Assembly (NCBI GenBank): GCA_022562295.1
Contig: JADFPO010000006.1
Location: 4,477 to 68,476, forward strand
Reading direction: 5' to 3'
From: Gemmatimonadota bacterium
GTDB lineage: Bacteria; Gemmatimonadota; Gemmatimonadetes; Gemmatimonadales; GWC2-71-9
DNA length: 64,000 bases
Part shown: positions 1 to 11,533 of the stretch, piece by piece
Layout of the letters: every line of letters begins with the position of its first letter
Position numbering within the stretch: position 1 is the stretch's first letter
The notes under the pieces: generated by a model
The model's input: only the letters and a program-made list of their open reading frames with translations
Told to the model about the DNA's origin: nothing
The model's database searches: none
Position numbers and translations under genes: made by a program

Positions 1-1065
1 GGTGGCTTGAGCCGTGCGATCGGCGGACCGGGTCTGCAGCAGGTACAGCTGACCGCATTCGACGGTGAACTCGATGTCCTGCATATCAAGAAAATGGCTC
101 TCGAGTTTTTGGGCCGTCTGGCGAAGCTGCTCGTAGGCTTGCGGGCAGGACACGGCCATCGTGCCGATCGGTTGCGGCGTTCTGATGCCGGCAACGACGT
201 CTTCGCCCTGCGCGTTGGTCAGGAACTCGCCGAAGAGTTCGGGTTTGCCCGTGGACGGATTACGGGTGAATGCGACGCCGGTGCCGGAGTCCTCCCCCAT
301 ATTGCCATACACCATCGCGACGACGTTGACGGCGGTCCCAAGATCGTCGGGAATCCTGTGCACGCGGCGGTACTCGATGGCCCGCTTCGTCTGCCAACTA
401 CGGAACACGGCCTCGATCGCACCCCACAGCTGGTCCCACGGATCCGTCGGAAACGCCCGGCCGCTCTGTCGCTCGACCACCGACTTGATCGTGGTGACGA
501 GCTCGCGGAGATCGTCTGGCTCGAGGTCGATCTCGCGTTCCACCTTGCGGGCGCGCATCATGCGTTCGGTGGCGGTCTCGATGGGATCCGCGCCGATTTC
601 CGGTTTCAGAGCGAACACGACGTCCGCGTACATATGGACGAGACGCCTGTAGCAGTCGTAGGCGAAACGATGGTTGTTCGTCTGCTCGCCTAGCGCGCGG
701 GCTGTGACGTCGTTGAGGCCGAGATTCAGAATCGTGTCCATCATCCCCGGCATCGAAACCGGGGCCCCGGAGCGGACGGAAACGAGCAGCGGGCTCGTTG
801 CGTCGCCGAAACGCCGGCCCGAGGTAGCCTCCAGCCGAGCCATGGCCTGCGTTACTTCGTTGCGGAGGCTGGCCGGCAGTGTGTGCTTGGCGAGATACGC
901 CTTGCAGAGGCGTGCCGAAATCGTAAACCCCGGAGGCACCGGGATTCCGAGTTGCGTCATCTCGTGGAGATTGGCCCCTTTGCCACCCAACACGGCACGC
1001 ATTTGTGCGGAGCCTTCGGCGTGTCCATCTCCGAAGGAAAAGACGTGTTGCTTGGTTTTCGTCAC
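1..1065 (-). CDS. ppdK: pyruvate, phosphate dikinase (N-terminal 355 codons; the gene continues beyond the window start)
   Basis: My own minus-strand translation from GTG at 1063-1065 gives VTKTKQHVFSFGDGHAEGSAQMRAVLGGKGANLHEMTQLGIPVPPGFTIS..., which matches the PPDK N-terminal ATP-grasp motifs. It is absent from the ORF track because the frame stays open to the window edge. Track ORFs 7..693(+) and 398..1192(-) are off-frame artefacts. Confidence 0.9.
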   Translation of the reverse strand, partial: MTKTKQHVFSFGDGHAEGSAQMRAVLGGKGANLHEMTQLGIPVPPGFTISARLCKAYLAKHTLPASLRNEVTQAMARLEATSGRRFGDATSPLLVSVRSGAPVSMPGMMDTILNLGLNDVTARALGEQTNNHRFAYDCYRRLVHMYADVVFALKPEIGADPIETATERMMRARKVEREIDLEPDDLRELVTTIKSVVERQSGRAFPTDPWDQLWGAIEAVFRSWQTKRAIEYRRVHRIPDDLGTAVNVVAMVYGNMGEDSGTGVAFTRNPSTGKPELFGEFLTNAQGEDVVAGIRTPQPIGTMAVSCPQAYEQLRQTAQKLESHFLDMQDIEFTVECGQLYLLQTRSADRTAQAT

Positions 1066-2462
1066 GTAGCGACGGCGGGTATCGCTGGGTTGACGTGGAG
1101 TTGCTCCGATCGCTCTCCCGGGGCGGCGGTGGGGTAGGCTCCCGAGAAACACGCGTCGCAGTAACCCGGCTTCCCGGAGATTGCGGCGTCATGCATACCT
1201 TCGAGGGACAGGTAGCCGAGCGTGTCGACTTCCAGATGCGCCCGAATCTCCTCGACCGAGTGCGTGGAGGCGATGAGTTCCTCGCGTGTGGGCGTGTCGA
1301 TGCCGTAGTAGCAGGGGCCGGTAATCGGGGGGGAGGCGATTCGCAGGTGGATCTTCGTGGCGCCGGCCTGACGAATCATGCTAATCAGGCTCTGCGATGT
1401 GGTCCCACGCACCAGCGAGTCGTCGACTACAACGACTTCCTTTTGGTCCACGACGTCCCGCACGGGGTTGAACTTGATGCGCGCCTTTTCGATGCGGGTC
1501 GACGGGCTCGGATTGATGAAGGTTCTGCCCACATAGTGATTCCGGATGAGTCCATGCTCCAGCTTGATCCCACTCTCTTCCGCATAACCCAGCGCCATGG
1601 CGTTGGACGAGTCGGGGACGGAGAACACACAATCCGCACCGGGGCTGGGGTGCTCGAGCGCAAGGCGGTGGCCTAGGTTGCGGCGCACGCGGTCTACCGA
1701 CTCACCGAACACCGTGCTGTCCGGTCGGGAGAAGTAGATCAATTCGAACACACATCGTTTCGGCGGGCTGGATGGCAGCGGCGGTAACTCCTGAACCCTA
1801 CCGTTCTCGATTCGCAGCCACTCCCCCGGGTTCAGTTCCTTGACGACTGACGCTCCGATGATATCGAGAGCACACGTCTCGGAGGCTACCACAAAACCTG
1901 CGCCGAGCTTGCCGAGGACGAGCGGGCGGAAGCCTCTTGGATCCACAATCGCGTACAGCGTCTTGCCGATCGTCATGACGAGGGTGTACGCGCCCTCGAC
2001 GCGCTCGAGCGCGTCGAGAATCTGATCTTCGGGTTCGCGTGCCTCAGAGCGTGCGATGAGGTGAACCAGAACCTCCGAGTCCGATGAGGTCTGGAAGATG
2101 GATCCCTTGCGAACCAAGTCTGCTCGCAGTTCGGCTGCGTTGGTGAGGTTCCCGTTGTGAGCCAACGCGAGGGACCCCGTGTGGTAATCGACCAGGCAAG
2201 GTTGTGCGTTGCTGAGCTCGGAGCTACCAGTGGTAGAGTATCGTGTGTGGCCGATGGCAACTTTTCCGGGCAGGGAATCGAGCACGGCGGGCGGGAAGAT
2301 GTCCTCCACCAATCCCATGCGGCGATGGCCGTGCGTCGTTGCGTCGTCGTCGACCGACACGATCCCGGCAGATTCCTGTCCTCGGTGCTGGAGCGCGTAG
2401 AGGCCGAGATAAACGTGGTGGGCTGCGTCAGAAATATTTGAAACGCCGAAAACGCCACACAT
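1062..2462 (-). CDS. purF: amidophosphoribosyltransferase
   Basis: 466-aa ORF with MCGVFG (Ntn cysteine), HRGQESAGI and the PRTase loop VVVVDDSLVRGTT. Its TGA stop overlaps the ppdK GTG (GTGA at 1062-1065). Confidence 0.95.
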   Translation of the reverse strand: MCGVFGVSNISDAAHHVYLGLYALQHRGQESAGIVSVDDDATTHGHRRMGLVEDIFPPAVLDSLPGKVAIGHTRYSTTGSSELSNAQPCLVDYHTGSLALAHNGNLTNAAELRADLVRKGSIFQTSSDSEVLVHLIARSEAREPEDQILDALERVEGAYTLVMTIGKTLYAIVDPRGFRPLVLGKLGAGFVVASETCALDIIGASVVKELNPGEWLRIENGRVQELPPLPSSPPKRCVFELIYFSRPDSTVFGESVDRVRRNLGHRLALEHPSPGADCVFSVPDSSNAMALGYAEESGIKLEHGLIRNHYVGRTFINPSPSTRIEKARIKFNPVRDVVDQKEVVVVDDSLVRGTTSQSLISMIRQAGATKIHLRIASPPITGPCYYGIDTPTREELIASTHSVEEIRAHLEVDTLGYLSLEGMHDAAISGKPGYCDACFSGAYPTAAPGERSEQLHVNPAIPAVAT

Positions 2463-2464
2463 GG

Positions 2465-4749
<2,285 letters not shown>

Positions 4750-4753
<4 letters not shown>

Positions 4754-5079
4754 TCGGCGGTGTTGGCTTTCTTGCCTCGGACGCCACGGACCACGGCGTC
4801 AAACACACTGGCCAGGATCCCTTCTTTTCCGTCACCGGCGAGTTGTTCGGCCTCGCCGGCATCGAACCACACACCGTTGCAGTTGGTGCACCGATCGATT
4901 TCGATTCCGTGGTACTGCTCGACGGTCAAGTCGTGCCCGCATTTTGGGCACTTCATGTAGTGGCTCTGGTGCTCGGCCTCTATGGAAGTCCGTTCCGCCT
5001 TTTCCCGGCGGGCCTTTAACAGCTCGGCTTCCTGCCGGGCAAAATACTCTTCCTCATTACGGCTGGGTTTTTCACTCAT
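4750..5079 (-). CDS. TFIIB-type zinc-ribbon domain protein
   Basis: 109 aa with CPKCGHDL...[13 protein letters not shown] (four-Cys zinc ribbon). ATGA overlaps occur at both ends, so it is translationally coupled inside the pur operon. Confidence 0.6.
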
Positions 5080-5621
5080 CCGATTATCCCGCTGGTGTCG
5101 GTGGGTGATGCGCTGGGAGTAAACTCTGCGAGCCGGCCGGGTGGCGACGACGACACTCCCGCATAGGTGTGACCCGTTCCTCGAACAATCGCATCCACAA
5201 CCTGATCGCGCTCCAAGATGACGAGGTCATACGTTCCACAGGCGCGTTCGCACCCGTTGCGGAAGTACATATATGTCCAGTCACCGACCGACCGCTCCAG
5301 CACGGGATCTCCCCACACGGAAACCACGTCTTCCGCGGTCCATCCAGGTTGGACCGTGCCGGTATCGGTGGGAAACCAAGGCTCTTCATCGATGGCCGCA
5401 AATGGCGAGACAACGGGCGGTGGTGTAACCCCGGGCTGCGGCGAGGGCAGCGTGGGGGTGGGCTGCGCTTGCGTCGTCACGGTGTCTGTGGGCGGTGCAG
5501 GTGCTGCCGTATCCGTTGTTTGCAGCTGCGCTGCGGGCGCCGCGGCCGGTGGGTCCGGGTCGCTGCAGGCCAACGCTGCAAGAGCGGCAAGCGTGGCAAT
5601 CGCTCGATTACGCCAAGTCAT
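5076..5621 (-). CDS. lipoprotein, BamE/SmpA_OmlA-like C-terminal domain (putative)
   Basis: I trimmed the track ORF to the internal ATG giving MTWRNRAIATLAALAALAC (lipobox LAAC). That ATG overlaps the purQ stop (ATGA at 5618-5621). A Pro/Thr-rich linker is followed by GWTAEDVVSVWGDP...WTYMYF...VILERDQVVDAI, which resembles BamE. Confidence 0.5.
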   Translation of the reverse strand: MTWRNRAIATLAALAALACSDPDPPAAAPAAQLQTTDTAAPAPPTDTVTTQAQPTPTLPSPQPGVTPPPVVSPFAAIDEEPWFPTDTGTVQPGWTAEDVVSVWGDPVLERSVGDWTYMYFRNGCERACGTYDLVILERDQVVDAIVRGTGHTYAGVSSSPPGRLAEFTPSASPTDTSGIIG

Positions 5622-6301
5622 TGCGGTCCTCCTGAAGAGTGAGCAATGCCGGCAAGTACGGACTCGAATACTCTGGCCCCCTCGGTTTCGCCCAAGGCGG
5701 GGTCGGCGGCGCGCTCGGGGTGGGGCATCATGCCAACGATGTTGCCCGCCGGATTGCACACCCCGGCAATTTCGTTGACCGAGCCGTTGGGGTTGTCGTC
5801 CACGTAGCGCAACACGACCCGCCCCTCGCGCTCGAGATCCGTGATGACGGCGTCAGAGGCAACGTAGCGTCCTTCGCCGTGCGCGACCGGCATTCGAAAG
5901 ATAGCACCGTTCGCGTACGCCGTCGTGAATGGAGTATCGGTGTTTTCTATCCGGACCGTGACCGGACGGGAGAGGAATCGCTGGCCTGCGTTCCGCATCA
6001 AGGCGCCGGGCAGCATCCCTGCCTCACAGAGGACCTGGAATCCGTTGCAGATTCCCAATACCGGTGCTCCGGCGTCGGCTAATTTGCGCACCGCTGCCAT
6101 TACGGGACTGAACCGTGCAATCGCGCCGGCGCGGAGGTGATCTCCATAGGCAAAGCCGCCCGGGACGATGACGGCGTCCGCGCCGTTCAGCGTGGTTTCG
6201 CGATGCCACACGTAGAATGCGTCCGCTCCGGCTTGGCGCGCCGCCCGTACGGTATCGGCGTCGCAATTCGACCCGGGAAATCTGACCACCGCCACCCGCA
6301 C
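5618..6301 (-). CDS. purQ: phosphoribosylformylglycinamidine synthase glutaminase subunit PurQ
   Basis: VAVVRFPGSNCD, GICNGFQVL (nucleophile Cys) and MPHPER. I placed the start at GTG 6299-6301, which shares one base with the purS TAG. A GTG two codons downstream is equally possible. Confidence 0.9.
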   Translation of the reverse strand: MRVAVVRFPGSNCDADTVRAARQAGADAFYVWHRETTLNGADAVIVPGGFAYGDHLRAGAIARFSPVMAAVRKLADAGAPVLGICNGFQVLCEAGMLPGALMRNAGQRFLSRPVTVRIENTDTPFTTAYANGAIFRMPVAHGEGRYVASDAVITDLEREGRVVLRYVDDNPNGSVNEIAGVCNPAGNIVGMMPHPERAADPALGETEGARVFESVLAGIAHSSGGPQ

Positions 6302-6558
6302 TAGGTGGCACCCTCCACGACAACGGTAAAGGCTTCGGTAACGGGGTTGGCCAAGAGACGCTCGCACATGGCTCGAGCGTCCCTTTTCGCTGCGTCCTCG
6401 TCAGGCCGGTCGAGCTGGAATGTCACCGCTTTGCCAACACGTACGTCGCCGATGCCGGCGAACCCGAGTGCGGTGAGCGCCTGACCGACCGCCTGGCCCT
6501 GCGGGTCGAGCAGAGTGTCTCGCGGCATCACCTGGACGAGTACGTCAAATCGGGTCAT
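6301..6558 (-). CDS. purS: phosphoribosylformylglycinamidine synthase subunit PurS
   Basis: 85-aa ORF immediately upstream of purQ with a PurS-like sequence (VMPRDTLLDPQGQAVGQALTALGF...). Confidence 0.85.
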   Translation of the reverse strand: MTRFDVLVQVMPRDTLLDPQGQAVGQALTALGFAGIGDVRVGKAVTFQLDRPDEDAAKRDARAMCERLLANPVTEAFTVVVEGAT

Positions 6559-6570
6559 GGCGAATTCCGG

Positions 6571-7416
6571 CTAGAGTTTGCGAGGAGACGCGTGGTGGGG
6601 GTCGGTCGTGTCGTGCAGCACGAGTTCCGGTTCTTCGACGGTCTCGTCGTAGTCACGGTCGTCGTCCCCCCGCCCGAGGATGGTAATAACCCACCGTACC
6701 AACCCATATGTGACGTAGGCGATCGCCAGGGGGAAAAAGAAAATATCCCGACTGAACGCCGAGAACCACAAAATGATAAGGTAGACTCCGATGCCCGCCA
6801 GTCCTCGGGCGGTGCGAACCCCGATATGAGGCAGGCGCGCGTACTCCACGTTGCTTACCATGGCGAGGCCGAGCGCGATGACGAGAAAGATCATCATTTG
6901 CGACCACGGGAGGGTGGCGAGCTGAACCTGGTACAGCGCCGTTTGGGTAAATGGATAATACCATGCGAGCGTCACGCCGGCGGCGGTGGATGGCAGGCCT
7001 GTAAAGTGATGTTCGTGCGGCTCTGCGGTCTGGGCGTTGAAACGCGCCAGGCGCAGCGCCACGCACACGGCGAACGCGTAAGAGAACACCCAGGCAAACG
7101 GTCCCTGCGTGGCGAAGAGCAGGCTGTACATCAGCACTCCGGGTGCGATTCCGAAGCTGACCATGTCGACCACGGAATCCAACTCGGCTCCGAATGTGGA
7201 TCCGGTTTTGCTTACACGTGCGGACAAACCGTCCAACACGTCGAGGACGGCCGCAATGACGATCCACCAACTGGCGCGGTAGAAGTCGCCTTGGATCGAC
7301 AGCACGATCGACCAGACACCAAAGAACAAACTGGCGAGCGTGAACAGACTCGGGACGACGACTACGACGCGTCGGACTTTTTCTCTGCGCGGTTGCCGGC
7401 TCTTCACTGTGGCCAC
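6571..7416 (-). CDS. pssA: CDP-diacylglycerol--serine O-phosphatidyltransferase
   Basis: CDP-alcohol phosphatidyltransferase motif DVLDGLSARVSKTGSTFGAELDSVVD plus multiple TM segments. I trimmed the start to GTG 7414-7416. The alternative GTG 7405-7407 gives a GTGA overlap with the psd stop. Confidence 0.8.
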   Translation of the reverse strand: MATVKSRQPRREKVRRVVVVVPSLFTLASLFFGVWSIVLSIQGDFYRASWWIVIAAVLDVLDGLSARVSKTGSTFGAELDSVVDMVSFGIAPGVLMYSLLFATQGPFAWVFSYAFAVCVALRLARFNAQTAEPHEHHFTGLPSTAAGVTLAWYYPFTQTALYQVQLATLPWSQMMIFLVIALGLAMVSNVEYARLPHIGVRTARGLAGIGVYLIILWFSAFSRDIFFFPLAIAYVTYGLVRWVITILGRGDDDRDYDETVEEPELVLHDTTDPHHASPRKL

Positions 7417-8051
7417 TCCGCCAGTATCGTTTTCCCGGCCACCGCCGTGTCTGACACGCGGACTTTGATCGAAACCCCTGGCGGCAGAAACGTGTCGACG
7501 CGCGACCCGAATCGGATCATCCCCAGCCGCCGACCTTGGTGTACGGCATCTCCGGGCACGTGGTCGGTGACGATCCTCCGCGCCACGAGGCCTGCGATCT
7601 GTCGGATCAGCACGGGGCCCCGCTCGCTGCGCACCCCCAGAGACATGCACTCGTTATCGGCACTTGCCTTGTCGAGAGTGGCATTCAAGAATTTCCCCGG
7701 CCGGTAATCGCGGTATTCCACCACTCCGGTGACCGGGTGGCGATTGACGTGCACACTGAAGATGTTCATGAAAACGGACACGCGGGTTGCCAATCCCCCC
7801 ATATAATCCGGCTCGTGTACCTGCTCGATACTAACAACTTTGCCGTCTGCCGGGGCGAGGACCAGCGCGGGACGCGGCGGTCCGGTGCGGACCGGGTCAC
7901 GAAAGAAGACGGGAACCCAAACGGCCAGCGGGGTCCACAGGGCCACTCCGATCCACCACAGTCCTCCGAAGGCAGCGGTGCCGGCCAGTAGGCCGCCGAG
8001 CACGGCGGCGCCGATGAGTACGAAGGGTCTGCCTTCGGGAGCCAACTTCAC
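7404..8051 (-). CDS. psd: phosphatidylserine decarboxylase family protein (short form)
   Basis: N-terminal TM segments and the Psd-like self-cleavage region MIRFGSRVDTFLP. The GTG start overlaps the purC stop (GTGA at 8048-8051). Confidence 0.8.
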   Translation of the reverse strand: MKLAPEGRPFVLIGAAVLGGLLAGTAAFGGLWWIGVALWTPLAVWVPVFFRDPVRTGPPRPALVLAPADGKVVSIEQVHEPDYMGGLATRVSVFMNIFSVHVNRHPVTGVVEYRDYRPGKFLNATLDKASADNECMSLGVRSERGPVLIRQIAGLVARRIVTDHVPGDAVHQGRRLGMIRFGSRVDTFLPPGVSIKVRVSDTAVAGKTILAEWPQ

Positions 8052-8959
8052 GGTGCCGTCGGCAGCGATTGGCCGGTGACCCGCTGGTAGGCGTCGAGAT
8101 ACCGATCGCTCGTCGCCTGAACGATCTCGGCGGACAGCGTCGGTGGTGGGGGGGTCGCATCCCACTTGCCGGCTTGGCGAAGCTCGTCGAGATAGTCACG
8201 CAGCGGTTGTTTGTCGAAACTGACCTGACTCCGGCCGGGTCGGTAATCGTCCGCGGGCCAGAAACGTGACGAATCGGGTGTCAGGAGCTCGTCTATCACA
8301 AGCAGTTCGCCGTCGTGCGTGTGACCGAATTCGAACTTCGTATCGGCGATGATGATGCCGTTGGCGGCCGCGCGCTCGCGGCCCGCCAAATACAATGCGA
8401 GGCTGCGAGACTGCAGGGTTTCGGTCAACTCGGGCCCGAGTGCGTTGCTGACATGATCTATCGTCACGTTCTCGTCGTGGCCCGTTTCAGCCTTCGTGGC
8501 CGGTGAAAAGATCGGCGGATCGAGCTTGTCGCTCTGCTCGAGGCCGCTCGGCAGAGGCTCGCCGGCGAGCGTGCCGCTGGCAGAATACTCTTTCCAGGCT
8601 GAACCTGATAGATACCCCCGCACCACGCACTCGAATGCCACGGGAGTGGTGCGTTTGGCTAACATCGCCCGTCCGGCCAACAGGGCCTCGTAATCGGCCA
8701 GGGCGGGAACTTCTTGGCAAATCTCGCGCGAGTCCGCGGTGAGGTAGTGGTTGGGCGCGATCGATGCGATGGTACGGAACCAGTAAGCGCTCATCTGCGT
8801 GAGGACCGCTCCCTTGTGCGGAATGGGCTCGTTCATCACGACGTCGAATGCGCTTATCCGGTCGCTCGCCACCAACAGGACCGTTGCTTCGTCCACGTCG
8901 TACACCTCCCGGACCTTGCCCTTCCGCAGCAGCGGTAGCGGGAGCTTGCTTTCCACCAT
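8048..8959 (-). CDS. purC: phosphoribosylaminoimidazole-succinocarboxamide synthase
   Basis: From the internal ATG at 8957-8959 the protein reads MVESKLPLPLLRKGKVREVYDV...LVASDRISAFDVVM. The upstream part of the 488-aa track ORF is Arg-rich read-through that overlaps purB. Confidence 0.9.
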   Translation of the reverse strand: MVESKLPLPLLRKGKVREVYDVDEATVLLVASDRISAFDVVMNEPIPHKGAVLTQMSAYWFRTIASIAPNHYLTADSREICQEVPALADYEALLAGRAMLAKRTTPVAFECVVRGYLSGSAWKEYSASGTLAGEPLPSGLEQSDKLDPPIFSPATKAETGHDENVTIDHVSNALGPELTETLQSRSLALYLAGRERAAANGIIIADTKFEFGHTHDGELLVIDELLTPDSSRFWPADDYRPGRSQVSFDKQPLRDYLDELRQAGKWDATPPPPTLSAEIVQATSDRYLDAYQRVTGQSLPTAP

Positions 8960-8970
8960 CGGCCCGACAG

Positions 8971-10407
8971 TCAAACCGTCACCTCCGTTTTTTCCACGGT
9001 GAATGTTTCGATAGAGCCGAGCAACGCGGCAAGCGGACCTCGTATGAACTCCACCACTTGCTCCGGGCATCGCCCAACATAACCGGCCGGATCCAGCTCG
9101 GCCTCTAGCGCCGCTCGGTCGACCGCGGCAAACGACTCGTGTCCCGCCAATCGATCCAGCAGGTCGTTGTCGGCTCCGTGCTCCATCGCTTCGCTGACCG
9201 CCCGGCTCGCCTGCCTGATCACCTCGTGCAACGCCTGCCGGTCGCCTCCGGCAGTGACGCCCAGCAAGAGCCAGCGCTCGGTGGCCATGAAGGGCATGAC
9301 CCGCTCGACGTTTCGGCGGGTCGTGGCTTCTCGCACCTCGAGACCCTGGGCTACGTTGGTCAGAAGGATGAGCAACGCATCGGCAGCCAGGAATGCATCG
9401 GGGAGCACGAGTCTCCGGTTGGCGCTGTCGTCGAGCGTGCGTTCGAGCCACTGGGTGGCTGCAGTGTACGCCGCGTTGTCTCGCAGCGCGATGACATATC
9501 GGGCCAACGCGCATACGCGCTCACAGCGCATCGGATTGCGTTTGTAGGGCATCGCACTCGATCCGATCTGATCCGGTTCGACCGGCTCGAGCACCTCTCC
9601 CTCGTGTTGCAGCAGCCTCAAATCCGTGGCCAGCTTGGATGCGGACTGTCCGATGCCCGATAACACGTCCATCACCCTACTGTCGATCTTGCGCGTGTAG
9701 GTTTGCCCGGTCACTGCGATCGACCCGGCGAAGTCGAAAGCTGCGGCGACGCCGCGATCCAACTCTCTCACCTTGTCATGATCCCCACCAAATAGCTCGA
9801 GATAACTTGCCTGCGTGCCCGTGGTGCCCTTACACCCTCGGAAGGGCAGGGTGGCGACGAGATCTCGCATCGATTCGGCGTCCATCATGAGGTCTTGCAG
9901 CCACATGGTGGCTCGCTTTCCCACAGTGGTCAGCTGGGCGGGCTGGAAATGTGTGTAGGCGACCGTCGGCCGTTCCCGATGCTCGTCGGCAAAGTCACGA
10001 AGCGCGGTGAGGACGGAGACGACCCGCGCCAGCAAGAGCCGAAGCGCGTCCCTCATGACGACGAGTTCGGCGTTGTCCGTGACGAACGCGCTCGTCGCAC
10101 CCAGATGAATGAATGGGCGGGCGGTGGGCGCCTGATCGCCGAAGTGGTGGATGTGTGCCATCACGTCGTGGCGAAAGCGTCGTTCGTACCCCGTTACCGC
10201 GTCTAAGTCGGCGTTGTCGACTTGCGCTCGCATCTCTGCGATGGCGGTGTCCGGTATATCGACGCCGAGACGGCGCTGCTGTTCGGCCAGCGCCACCCAA
10301 AGCCTGCGCCACAGGCGCGCGCGGCTCTCGGCGCTCCACACCTCCTGCATTTCCGCGGAGGCATAGCGCGTCGTGAGCGGAGACTGGTACTGAGCCGGGC
10401 TCGTCAT
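8971..10407 (-). CDS. purB: adenylosuccinate lyase
   Basis: 478 aa with the fumarate-lyase signature GSSAMPYKRNP and a PurB-type N-terminus (PLTTRYASAEM). Confidence 0.95.
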   Translation of the reverse strand: MTSPAQYQSPLTTRYASAEMQEVWSAESRARLWRRLWVALAEQQRRLGVDIPDTAIAEMRAQVDNADLDAVTGYERRFRHDVMAHIHHFGDQAPTARPFIHLGATSAFVTDNAELVVMRDALRLLLARVVSVLTALRDFADEHRERPTVAYTHFQPAQLTTVGKRATMWLQDLMMDAESMRDLVATLPFRGCKGTTGTQASYLELFGGDHDKVRELDRGVAAAFDFAGSIAVTGQTYTRKIDSRVMDVLSGIGQSASKLATDLRLLQHEGEVLEPVEPDQIGSSAMPYKRNPMRCERVCALARYVIALRDNAAYTAATQWLERTLDDSANRRLVLPDAFLAADALLILLTNVAQGLEVREATTRRNVERVMPFMATERWLLLGVTAGGDRQALHEVIRQASRAVSEAMEHGADNDLLDRLAGHESFAAVDRAALEAELDPAGYVGRCPEQVVEFIRGPLAALLGSIETFTVEKTEVTV

Positions 10408-10658
10408 CGTAGAGAGAAGTCCGTTCGCTGCCGTACCGCGTCTTGCGGGACCGGCACCGACACTGCTGGAACGGTTAGCTGCGCCCTATGGTTGGGCTGC
10501 GGTCGCGGATGCCAGCATGCTACGGTGACGAAGACGCTCAAGGCGACGATCAAGCGCGCATCCGTGGCCTGGTAGGAGCGCATCCCCCGGGTTGAAGGCT
10601 GGGTATGCCCCACCCCGCGTTGGGTCTCTCGACTCGCGTGCAGGAACGGCCTCCGTTC

Positions 10659-11453
10659 TCACTGTCGGTTGACGAATTCATTGATCTGTTGAAGTTCCGG
10701 TTGAGGATAGCGGGGCCCGACCATGTGGAGCCCTTGGGCCGGCGCGGGACTGCTGGTCCGCCGATTGTCCGTGCTGGCCAACAGCATCTCCATGTCGGTT
10801 AGCGGGCGGCGACCGCGGGCTATGTCAACCATGCTTCCCACCAGGAACCGCACCATCCGATGCAAGAAACGGTCGGCCTCTATAGTAAAAATAAACCCTT
10901 CGTCCGCCGGCCGCTCCCGCCATTCCGAAACTGCCACATTACACCGATAATGCGGTTTTTCCTGTCCTACGGCCGCAAACGCACTGAAATCGTGGGTCCC
11001 CACGATCAGCTTGGCGCTCGACGCCAATGCTGCGAAATCGACTTCCGCGCGGAGCGCCCACTCGTATGGGGAGCGGAACGGGGAGGCTGAGGCTGGATCG
11101 CATCCAAGGAGGAACCGGTAGCGTCGCGCCGAAGCGTGCTTCCTGGCGTGAAACCCTTGTGGGGCGACACCCACCTGGGCGATCCACAGATCCGCATCCG
11201 TTACAGCATCGAGAGCACGTTGGAGCTCGTCCGACCGCCACTTGACCGGTATCTGGAAGCTCACCACCTGGCCCCTCGCATGGACGCCGGCGTCCGTGCG
11301 GCCGGCCGCGTGCGTCACCACGCGATGCCCGACTATTCGCTCGAGCCCGTCCTCGACGACCCCCTGGACCGTGCGTTCGTTGGGCTGGCGCTGCCAGCCG
11401 GCAAAATAGCGGCCGCTATACTGAAGGATCGCGTAACGGGACTGGTTTGCCAT
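10659..11453 (-). CDS. truA: tRNA pseudouridine(38-40) synthase TruA
   Basis: 264 aa with YSGRYFAGWQRQP and the catalytic RTDAGVHA. Confidence 0.9.
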   Translation of the reverse strand: MANQSRYAILQYSGRYFAGWQRQPNERTVQGVVEDGLERIVGHRVVTHAAGRTDAGVHARGQVVSFQIPVKWRSDELQRALDAVTDADLWIAQVGVAPQGFHARKHASARRYRFLLGCDPASASPFRSPYEWALRAEVDFAALASSAKLIVGTHDFSAFAAVGQEKPHYRCNVAVSEWRERPADEGFIFTIEADRFLHRMVRFLVGSMVDIARGRRPLTDMEMLLASTDNRRTSSPAPAQGLHMVGPRYPQPELQQINEFVNRQ

Positions 11454-11458
11454 GTGAG

Positions 11459-11487
11459 ATGATACTACATATGAGGCGCCCTATCAA
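11459..11487 (-). promoter_or_regulatory. candidate sigma70-type promoter of truA (TTGATA-17 nt-TATCAT), which would give a near-leaderless mRNA
   Basis: The minus strand reads TTGATAgggcgcctcatatgtagTATCATctcacATG. The -10 element ends 5 nt before the truA ATG, in a locally AT-rich patch. Confidence 0.35.
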
Positions 11488-11533
11488 CAATCACCACAAT
11501 GGCTTACGATGTCTGCGCCGGTTGTCGACGGTT

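Noticed and set aside
7-1192. Track ORFs 7..693(+), 161..652(+), 398..1192(-) and 674..1069(+) at the left edge.
   Set aside because: The minus-strand frame that is open to the window edge translates as a clear pyruvate phosphate dikinase N-terminus. The listed ORFs are Arg/Pro-rich off-frame products typical of GC-rich DNA.
10408-10658. Possible ZTP (pfl) or purine riboswitch in the long purB leader.
   Set aside because: I could not find the conserved cores (for example a CCGCCTGGGC-type 3' subdomain or the purine-riboswitch junction) on the minus strand, only generic GC hairpins. A covariance-model scan would be needed to exclude it formally.
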